From Azolla caroliniana (Eukaryota > Plantae > Polypodiophyta), in the NCBI GenBank assembly GCA_043228905.1, contig JBHGNT010000669.1, positions 1 through 18,075 of the forward strand: a DNA stretch of 18,075 nucleotides, written 5' to 3'. The position numbers and the translations under genes were made by a program. Under the pieces are notes generated by a model. That model ran no database searches and was not told the origin of the DNA. It saw nothing but the letters and a program-made list of their open reading frames with translations. Below, piece by piece: positions 8,066-16,485 of the stretch. Position 1 is the stretch's first letter. Every line of letters starts with the position of its first letter.

Positions 8066-10453
8066 TCAATACAGATTTGCGAAGAGAGAATGTACACATA
8101 CACCAAGTGTTGAAGGCTTGTGCTCCAATGCATCACACTGCACTTCCAAAGCATTCACCTCTTCTTCAAGCTCCTTTATCTTTTGTTCGTATTCCTGTGC
8201 CTCTCTCCTGACCTTGTTTAGTTGTGTTTCCATCTTCAAAAAGGTGCCGGATGATTGTGTCCTACAAGTGAGCATGCCAGCCATATGACAGTTTTTTACC
8301 ACAAAACAGCAAAAAAATGAAGAAAGACGGGAATCTGAATCCTCAAGTTCAGAGTTTATGATGACTCAAATCTCAGGCTTCCAATTCAATTTGCTAAAGA
8401 GAAGAAGAGATAAGTTTTGTTATTTGAGATGAGAATAAAGAAGCATATATTAGTTGAGCAAAAGGTAGTGTACCTTTCAAGGTCACTAGGTAACCTTCTG
8501 AGCTCATCATTGAACTTCTCCAAATATGCATCCCGATTAAATATCACATTATATATGACAACACCATTTCTGCCCCAGAAGGCATAGAAAACAACACCAG
8601 CTGCAGCTATAGATAAGAAACACCGACCGGTGGATTCATTATATACATCCGTCTGAAGAGTTACCAGAGATAAGAGGAACAGGAAAACTGAGAGCACACC
8701 ACACCTCCGAATCACCCTGCAAGACGGACAGTTTAGATTTGATGTTCGATCATATTATATATGGAAGAAAGTTTAGATATTAATCGGTTTGTGGCATCTC
8801 ATGTACACATTGATCTTGCAAAAACAACAAAGAATGATGACAGAAAGAAATGAAATGGCTGTCAGTAACTCTGCAAGCATGTACATCAGCTTGTGATCAA
8901 ATTGAGGCAGAAGCTTTACAGTTAGGATTAACATTCGGTTAATTCGTTTCAACACTATCCTGCTCTGCTTCAGGCATGAAACACTAAGTTCAGTTTGACA
9001 TGATGATTGTGGTCAATAGGAATTTCAGGCACAATCTCTGTAGTAGTAGTAGATTGGTTTTTAATGCTGGATCAATTTTTAGATCTACTGGATGTAGTTT
9101 TACGTTTAAATTACAAGAAAAAGTCTCGTATTTCTTTTTGTCTTCTCTACATAGGAATGAGACATGCTTGCGAGGTGTAAGTTAATTCACTACTACAAAT
9201 TAATATGGACCGTCATCAACACGATGAAGAGAAGGGATATATATAGTACAGATGTAATGAGCCCAAGATTCTATGGGGACAAACGAAGAAAGCAATTTCC
9301 ATCAATATCAATGTCCTATAAATAGAAAGAACACAACTACTACTTGAATAATAGGCCAAGACCATGAAATGAATGTTTGTATTCCTTTTTGATAAAACCT
9401 GAATCCTTCATTCTTAATGTAACAGTGTTTTTTTTTTGTTTTTTCTATTAAGTACATGGGCTGCCAAATACACACCTGTATTCATTAAACTGAGCCATGG
9501 TGTTCCGAAGTCTGAATCCGAAACCCATTAAAATAAGATAATTTATAAACTGAAGAAGCACCATCCCAAAAACCCATACCGGCTTGGAAACAAATACACA
9601 GTGTCCTTTATTCGGATCTCCTGGCATGGTTTCAAACCTGATGCATAAATACACACACAAAAATACACTTGATTAATTCCATACTTAAATAAACATCTAT
9701 CTTTACACACACAAATTCAAATTTGGTTTGATCATTTCTTTGTAAATAATTTCTGTGTTGTGGATTTTCACTTCACCACTGAGGTTTAGCATCAATAATT
9801 TAATTTATGTGACTACAAAACCCTTTCTTTTACCTTCAAACCAACTCACAAAGCATCAATCAAACTAAAAGCATCATTATAGGCACCCTTTTCTCCTCAA
9901 AAAATGTTTCAAAGGTCTACTAAACAAGAGTGACGATGATGAGGACGAGGACGAGGACGACCACTTACTTGAGCACTTTTTTGCTTTTTATGGTGGCGGC
10001 GATTGCAAAGGTGATGAAAGGGAGCGAGAGTGGCAGAATAAAAACATATTCATGGATACAAGTCAACGATTTCCATACAAAGATCTGATATAGGGTGAAA
10101 AACCGAACCGTTAAACAATTGAGCCAAAGAGAGTATCCAAAGCAAGCTTGGATCCAAAAGGTCCAAAGAATGCATAAGTCGAGGCCCGAATGTCGGCTCC
10201 TAGCAAAATGGTTATTCACAATAAGGCTGGAGAGGACCCACATCAAGCCACCGATGGAGCTGAGGAGAGTGAGGGGCAAGCTTTTGGTCTTGATCGGGCG
10301 GTATCCTCGGTAATAGAAGAGGACGAGGTTACCCAATAGCATGAGGAAGCCGCCCGCAGAGATGATGGAGACAGTGATGTAGTCGGGGGCGGAGGGGGGT
10401 TTGGGAAAGTGGGGGGTGCTTTCTCGCGGGGTAGAAGAATCAGTGATTGACAT
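8066..10453 (-). CDS. Spliced gene: 7TM protein related to the 7TM domain of plant 7TM-RGS (RGS1-like)/class C GPCR core, with a C-terminal coiled coil and no RGS box. Exons 10453-9969, 9637-9476, 8716-8474, 8261-(8102/8104 or read-through to stop at 8066)
   Basis: Three GT-AG introns, all phase 2, join four ORF-track fragments into one frame (350 codons to 8102; 361 aa if read through). In-frame stop two codons upstream of the ATG. Seven hydrophobic helices. By-eye matches to AtRGS1 as remembered: PDYITVSI~SDYVAVAI, CILWTFWIQACFGYSL..LYQIFVWK~CYLWAVWIEGPLGFGL..LYFIFVKK, FNEYR~FDELR. Confidence 0.85.
8102..8261 (-). CDS. Exon 4 of 7TM gene (cytoplasmic coiled coil); 3' boundary uncertain
   Basis: Acceptor ttgtag|G in correct phase; encodes TQSSGTFLKMETQLNKVRREAQEYEQKIKELEEEVNALEVQCDALEHKPSTLG. 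Overlapping donors G|GTGTAT and GGT|GTATGT. Confidence 0.8.
8474..8716 (-). CDS. Exon 3 of 7TM gene (TM6, TM7, helix-8-like segment)
   Basis: Acceptor ttgcag|G, donor AG|GTACAC, 243 nt, frame-preserving. Confidence 0.88.
9476..9637 (-). CDS. Exon 2 of 7TM gene (ECL2 with Cys, TM5, ICL3 FNEYR)
   Basis: Acceptor atcag|G, donor AG|GTGTGT, 162 nt, frame-preserving. Confidence 0.88.
9969..10453 (-). CDS. Exon 1 of 7TM gene (N-tail, TM1-TM4)
   Basis: ORF 9965-10453; consensus donor AA|GTAAGT at 9968. Confidence 0.9.
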
Positions 10454-10579
10454 TCTTCAGTCTTCTCTGATCTTCTTGTACTCCTCCCCTGCAGGTCTTG
10501 GTATATAATATTCCCACAGAGAGTATGTATCTGAATATGCTGCTCTATGCAGCCACTGTACGAGGGAGACTTTATGATT

Positions 10580-10658
10580 GACTGGACTGGACTGGACTGG
10601 ACTGGACTGGACTGGACTGGATTGGACTGGACCTGCTGCTGCTGCTGCTGCTGCTGCT
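10580..10658. repeat. Compound microsatellite (ACTGG)10 (one variant unit) plus (CTG)8 upstream of the 7TM ATG
   Basis: Directly visible, ~130-200 bp 5' of the start codon. Confidence 0.95.
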
Positions 10659-10885
10659 TGCTACCAAAGCAATCGATTATGAATCATTGAGAAGGAAGGG
10701 ATCAGAGCACTCATCAACATGTATGTAGTCGGGCATATTTCTGTCTGCTCCCCAGTGGGGCTCCACGTCTTGTCTCCTCGCCTCTTGCCTCTCTGTTCCT
10801 TCCTTTCCCTTTTTTTGTGTGTTGTGTGGCCGTCGTTGCTGCTATAAAACATGCTGAAGTCAATGGAATGACTAAGATTAGTTAC

Positions 10886-10889
<4 letters not shown>

Positions 10890-10917
<28 letters not shown>

Positions 10918-10957
10918 ACATACATGATACATATATGATATATATATATATATATAT
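10890..10957. repeat. (TATC)n/(TA)n microsatellite
   Basis: Directly visible. Confidence 0.9.
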
Positions 10958-11243
10958 GCTCAAATCCAATGAACGTCTTGTATCTCTCTCTATTTAGACT
11001 CCAAAGAGGCACCATTGTATTTGGGCAAAGTTTTTAACCCCTATCCCAAAAAAATTCCTCCTCCTCATTATCCTCACCAGAATTTTTTAAATTTTAACCC
11101 ACCAATTCCCTATCACATCACAGTTAATGTCAACCAAAACTCTTTCAAATTCTAAAAGAAAAAAATCATCACATACCCAATTGTATAACATGAACATTTG
11201 TAAGAAAATTTTACAAAACCCCTACTTCCTTCTATTGTTATAT

Positions 11244-11244
<1 letters not shown>

Positions 11245-11286
<42 letters not shown>
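11245..11286. repeat. (CT)n microsatellite
   Basis: Directly visible. Confidence 0.95.
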
Positions 11287-11287
<1 letters not shown>

Positions 11288-12171
11288 ATTACTTACTTCT
11301 TAGTACAGTTGTTGGTAGCATTCAAAACACGATGCATATTTCAAAGCATGTAGAAGAAAGAAACAAAGCTATATTAATATCTTTTAAGAGGCGAAAATGG
11401 CCTATAAGACCAAACAAGAGATGGCATCTTTTGTGTTGTCTCATCTTTCAGAACAACAAATCAAAATAAAATAAATATTACTAAGTAAATAAGATAAAAA
11501 GAGGTAAAAGAACCTGGTTTTCGGCACATGTGAGATTCTCAAGCTAGATATATTATAACTTTTGTCTTCGAAAGATCTCTAGCATAGGTCGATCCAAAAT
11601 GGAGGGGTCTCCAAAGCGAGGGAAGCACCTATGGTGGTGGGAGATAATGGCCTTTATCTGTGGATGACAAGGGTGGGGAGGTCATGGTACATCGGGTCAG
11701 GGCCTACATGCACGACAATTTGCTATTTCCCGATCTATTGTAACCCCTTTGTTATGTCCTATTTGGGAGCCCATTGGTGTATCCCTTCATTGACTTATCA
11801 CATTAGTAGATATGATGGGGCTAAAGAAAGTTGTGATTGTTCTTTATGGATAAGCTTGTGTGGCTGTACTATTCTCCTTCAACAACTTTTCCCTATGTCT
11901 CTTGAGTTCTAGCAAGAAAAGTCCTAGGCTCCGATGATCCTCATATTCCATTACCTTGCGTAGTGGGCCAAAGCCTCATTTAAAGAGACAATGTTATCTT
12001 CCTCTTATTTCATAAAAAGCACTACACTTACAAACATAGGGTTCTTCAGCTTCCACTCCTTGACGATGCAGTTGGAAAATTCTTTCTTCTAGAGTTATTC
12101 GCATATATTTGCCTACGATGTCATGAAGGATTTGCTTCATGATTTAAAAATGAACTTAAATATTATATTCA

Positions 12172-12366
12172 AATACTTGAACCCATAACCTCACACACCA
12201 AGTGCAAAGTACACACCACTAGGTTAAGTTATTTGGTTTTAAGGTAATCATAAAGGATATAAAAATAAACTAAAATATTGTGTTGAGTAACAGCTGAGAG
12301 ACTTGAACCCACAACCTTACATGCCAACTACAAAGTACACACCACTAGACTAGGTTACTTGTTTTT
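12172..12366 (-). repeat. Two tandem tRNA-derived (SINE-head-like) units, period 126 bp
   Basis: Minus strand shows A-box-like TAACCTAGTGG / TAGTCTAGTGG and B-box GGTTCAAGT at tRNA-like spacing. No clean cloverleaf. Confidence 0.6.
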
Positions 12367-12616
12367 AAAATTATAAATTTCCATGATTGTACTTATCCCA
12401 TGCCTATTTTCATACATGAAAGCTCAAATGAGCGAGATGTCTATCACACATCACATGTAATGCATGAACACCAAATGGTGATCATGCATCACCTGCATGT
12501 CTTGTACCCTCACATGCATTATATGCATGGGGGCACCTATAAAGAGAGGGGAATCAAGTAAGGGAAGGGGAAAGGAAAGGAATCAAGAGAAAGTTAGAGA
12601 AATAATATAATCAAAC

Positions 12617-12685
12617 AAACAAGTTAGCTCATTTGGGAAGAGGCTCGTGTTTCGAAGTTGGAGTCAAGGGTTTGAATCTAGAGTT
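12617..12685 (+). repeat. Third tRNA-like unit in opposite orientation
   Basis: TAGCTCATTTGG (A-box-like) ... GGTTTGAATC (B-box-like). Confidence 0.5.
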
Positions 12686-12690
12686 TAACG

Positions 12691-12910
12691 AAGAAAATTT
12701 GTATCTTGTATTCACATTGTACAATTGGTAAACTCTTGTATTCTTAATATAAAGCTTGTTCTTATCATACCATTTCAATTCTTCAATCATACATTGTCTC
12801 TGTCTCTTTAAAATTTCGCCATCTCCCATTAACTTTAGTCCCTTGACTTCGCCGTACGAACCACAAGAAAAGTCGTATCTCGTATCCACATTGTACAATT
12901 GGTAAACTCT
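12691..12910. repeat. Two 46-bp direct repeats (period 174 bp); the second ends at an LTR insertion
   Basis: AAGAAAA..GTATCTYGTATYCACATTGTACAATTGGTAAACTCT at 12691-12736 and 12865-12910. Confidence 0.85.
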
Positions 12911-13452
12911 GATGAGAATCGCGGAATGTTACTCGGCCACAACCGAGTCTAGAATCACAGAAAATGAGGATGGAGGAATCAGAAATGGGAACTAAAGAGT
13001 GAACACAAGATGTTTACATGGAAAACCCTAATAGGGAAAAACCACGAGAGCCCACAGACTCTGAACTATCACTATGAAGAGAAGGGGTACAATCAGAGAC
13101 TCGTAGGCAACGACCTCGAGCTCGGTTTCTTCGCCAAGCGGCGGTTACAACGGAGTATCGCTCTCTATCTCTCTCTCCCTCTCTGTCGCTCTCTGTCGCT
13201 CTCTGTCGCTCTCTCTATACAACAATATGACAACAACAACAACTCCTAATAAGTGTTTGCCCTAGGTCATATTTATACTAATATGCCTTTAGGACTATTT
13301 AGAAATATAGCCTTCATGAGCTTACTAAAAGAAACATATCTACAAATATGTCTTCTACATCCAGTTCTCACCGGGTCCTCATCATCTGGTTCTCACCGGG
13401 TCTTCTACATCCGGTTCTCAAGATCCCATCCGGAGGGACCGAAATCCCAACA
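12910..13452 (-). mobile_element. 3' LTR (family C) of a minus-strand copia element; PPT at 13455-13462
   Basis: TG...CA termini; ctccccct (AGGGGGAG on minus) adjacent; homologous to 3756-4415. Confidence 0.9.
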
Positions 13453-13462
13453 ATCTCCCCCT

Positions 13463-14674
13463 TCACTCCGGCATGGGATGTCTCGTCAGCCCAATCCGCC
13501 TCCGGCATGCGTCCAGCTTGTCGGGTGTCAACACTTTGGTCAGCATGTCCGACCCGTTCTCCTCTGTGTGGATTTTTGTCAGCACGAACTCTTGATCTTC
13601 TACTCTTTCCTGGATCCAATGGTACCTCTATTGGATATGCTTCGTTTGGGAATGGTAGGCCGCATTCTTTGCAAGGTGGATGCCACTCTGACTGTCGTAA
13701 TAGAGCCAGTATTCCTCCTATCAGATCCCTAGCTCACCGATGAAGACCTTCGTCCAGATTATTTCCTTACCGACTTCCACAACTGCCATGTACTCCGCTT
13801 CCGTGGTTGACAACGCAACCGTCTTCTGTAGCCTCGACTGCCAGGAAACAACTCCCCCTGCATAGGTCATGACATATCCGGATGTAGATCAGCTGGTATC
13901 TGCATCAGCCGACATATCCGAATCCGTGAATCCGCCAAGTTGGGGATTACCGGAGCTGAACCGGAGGCACATACTCGTGGTGCCTTTCAAATACCGGAGT
14001 ATCCACTTGACCGCGTTCCAGTGCTCTCTTCCGGGATTGCTCATGAAACGGCTCACCACTCCGACTGCATATCTGATATCCGGATGGGTACACACCATTG
14101 CGTACATCAAGCTCCCGACGGCAGAGGCATATGTTATCTTCATCATATCCAACTCCACTCCTTTCTTTTGTTGGAACCCCTTCACCACGATTCAGGCTTT
14201 GTATCTTGGTGGGTTTCTGGCATCTCCCGATTCAGCTTGTACACCCACTTGTTCCGGAGTGCTCTCGTCCCTTTCGGCAACTCCGTCAGTTCATATGTGT
14301 GGTTATCATGCAGGGAACCCATCTCGTCCTACACGGCACCCAACCATTTGCGGTTGTGGGTGTCTCTCTTTGCTTCTTCGAAGCTTTCTGGCTCCCCCTC
14401 ATCGGTTAGCAACACATGCTCTGCATCCGGAAATCTGCGGGGGGGTCTTCTCTCTTGGAGAGGATATCACTGTCCTTGGTTTCTGACTACCGATTCCTCC
14501 GTCTGCTCCGAATCCGAATTCGATTCGAGATCTTGTCTGGTTCTGGTGTCTTCTTCTTCTTCTTCTTCGGTCGGTTCGGTTTCCTGTCCGTATCCGGCCG
14601 GTTCGTCGAGTGTCATTCAGTTACCGGCTAACATCCGGTTTTCAACCGGGTATATCCTTGTGTCCTCAAGCCGG
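13463..14674 (-). mobile_element. Internally deleted Tnt1/Tork-like copia pol (IN-RT linker, RT ends, RNase H)
   Basis: GEPESFEEAKRD...DEMGSLHDNHTYELTELPKGTRALRNKWVYKL, then VKGFQQKKGVE fused directly to YASAVGSLMYAMVCTHPDI...HWNAVKWILRYLKGT..FTDSDM. RNase H motifs follow at ~13480-13890. Confidence 0.93.
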
Positions 14675-15389
14675 TGTCGTGAAGCTTTTCGTCCATAGGG
14701 GGAAAACCAAGCAGAGTGAGCAAAACTGGGGTGTGCAACGTTGCACACGCACATGATGTATTTGTAAAATATTAAAAAGAACAAATGTAAATTGTAAGAA
14801 ATGCACCACAAGATTCCTAAAGTGTAAATGTGATGTGCACTTATGTGCACATCCACATGAGAAAGAGAGGGGTACATAGGAGTACGAGGTGAGTAATGGG
14901 CATAATATTGTGTGTGAGGAGTGGGAATTAAGGCCCCATCAATCCCTCCTCCAAGAATCTAAGCAAATATCCCCCATTGAATGAAGGGGATATTTAGTCT
15001 CTCCTTTTTGTAACGGCTTTCTCTCCTTATGCTATAAAAGGAGAGGAAGGGGCACCATTGAAGGGGTTGCCTATTTTGAATGAGAAGAGGTATACCACTT
15101 AGGTCGAGGGTTTCTATCGGTTTAGGGTTTCTTCATTTCTTTCTTTACTTATCCAATTAGGGTTTACATTCTACTTATGTTTTGAGTCCGGCCCACACGG
15201 CCGCGGTTGTATTCGCATTGCGGCTTTCATGCCCATAATATACATAACTTCATAAATCTTGTCTCTTTCTACTTTCTCTACCGTGCTAATCTCTTCCACT
15301 TTGCTCATACCCGTCTTCCCATCTACTCCCTAGTCCAAGACCCCCGTGGTCCCGCCTTATTCTACACGCACGCACGGAAATACGTGACA
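14675..15389 (+). mobile_element. 5' LTR (family D) of a gypsy-like element
   Basis: TGTC...GACA termini, TATAAAA at ~15033, followed 4 nt later by a PBS. Left boundary coincides with the loss of copia homology. Confidence 0.7.
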
Positions 15390-15393
15390 TCTT

Positions 15394-15411
15394 TGGTGAA
15401 CCCGACGTGAA
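15394..15411 (+). promoter_or_regulatory. Primer-binding site complementary to the 3' end of plant tRNA-Trp(CCA)
   Basis: TGGTGAACCCGACGTGAA is the reverse complement of TTCACGTCGGGTTCACCA, the plant cytosolic tRNA-Trp 3' end as recalled. Confidence 0.85.
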
Positions 15412-15433
15412 TAGGCGGCAAGGGAGAAAGAGG

Positions 15434-16123
15434 ATGGAAGAGGAAGACATCACGGAAGTAATGGCGAGGATGGTGAGGGTTTTTGCAAGGCAAAGAGAAA
15501 GACGGGATGAGGCATACGAGTATGATCGATGCGAGTTTGGTCTATGGGTAGCGTCGGTGAAGGCTCCTCGGAGCGCAATGAAAGCATTCCAAGAGTTCGA
15601 GCATCGTTTTGCTCAACTCTCGGACCGGGATCGAAGATCGGTGGGGGCGGACAAGGTCCTACTATTTTTAAAGTCGGTCGATGAAAAGGGGAGAATGGCC
15701 ATTTTATCTGAACTCGAAGACGATGAAGGGGCGTACGGCCTCACCGAGGATTGGAACGAGGTAGAGAGGGTATGCCGACGACATGAGGAGATGCAGTCAT
15801 CCGCAACACAGTCCGCAAGCAACGACGAAAGGAGGATGGTGAGTGACTACCCGTCACCGCCGACGGAGGAAAGCTCACCGCAGAATGGTTCAAAGGAGCT
15901 CAACATCAAAGCCTTGGTACGAGAAGCGTACAAGATCGTGAAGGCACAAATCGAAGTTGAAAAAGGGTCTACTATGGAGACGGGTCGGAGACAATCGGAG
16001 GATGCGGAGGAAGAAGCCTCCCTATGTGTGGATGACGGGGACTATGTGGAGGCTGGAAGAGCGTACGACGGTGACGTGGGAGAGGGTGCGGAGCAAGCAA
16101 CCCTCTCGTCTTGCGGTGAATAG
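15434..16123 (+). CDS. Gag-like ORF of the tRNA-Trp-primed LTR element (probably truncated/non-autonomous)
   Basis: ATG 22 nt after the PBS; helical capsid-like segment (FQEFEHRFAQL...KVLLFLKSVD...LTEDWNEV) followed by an acidic low-complexity tail. No pol follows. Confidence 0.6.
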   Translation: MEEEDITEVMARMVRVFARQRERRDEAYEYDRCEFGLWVASVKAPRSAMKAFQEFEHRFAQLSDRDRRSVGADKVLLFLKSVDEKGRMAILSELEDDEGAYGLTEDWNEVERVCRRHEEMQSSATQSASNDERRMVSDYPSPPTEESSPQNGSKELNIKALVREAYKIVKAQIEVEKGSTMETGRRQSEDAEEEASLCVDDGDYVEAGRAYDGDVGEGAEQATLSSCGE

Positions 16124-16330
16124 ACGGCCATGGATGAGGCCGGTGACTACGGAGCGGGGAGCGCCACTTCGAGAGTGGGCAGAGGATTCGGGACACGATG
16201 GCCCGAAACATCAAGCGGGGAGAAGACGAGCGGCGGTGCCAGGATCTTACCCACACCGGTTCTAGAGACTCCAGCATCCGGCCCGAGAGCCGGTGTGAGA
16301 CCTAGAGTGACGGACGGTGGTGGCGGAAAG

Positions 16331-16485
16331 TGTCGAATACGAGTGTATAATGGCCGTATTCACACTATCCCTTTGGACAACCCAAGTTTGGGCTATTTCT
16401 GTAAATAGCATAAAGGGCAGTTGCCCTAGGATAGTTACTATATAAAGTGACTTCGTAACCTTTAGTGGAGGGGGGTTGTCATTTG
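16331..16485 (+). mobile_element. Truncated family B LTR
   Basis: TGTCGAATA...TATTCACACTA..TTGGACAA...GTTGCCCTA...TATATAA...GTAACC aligns to 3276-3401. Confidence 0.75.

Noticed and set aside
7831-8154. 107-aa minus-strand ORF, plus ORFs at 8773-8955, 9000-9185 and 10095-10313
   Set aside because: Off-frame, intronic or antisense to the 7TM exons; no motifs.
8066-10453. Assigning the symbol RGS1 or GCR1
   Set aside because: No RGS domain found and similarity to AtRGS1 is limited to scattered TM motifs; no resemblance to GCR1 noticed.
11520-12130. Possible additional decayed LTR or 93-aa ORF upstream of the gene
   Set aside because: No clear termini, PBS/PPT, second copy or protein motif to support a call.
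12172-12685. Functional tRNA genes
   Set aside because: A/B-box-like motifs are present but acceptor and anticodon stems cannot be paired convincingly.
13253-14698. Several long plus-strand ORFs (up to 252 aa)
   Set aside because: Antisense shadows of GC-rich copia pol/LTR sequence; the recognisable motifs are on the minus strand.
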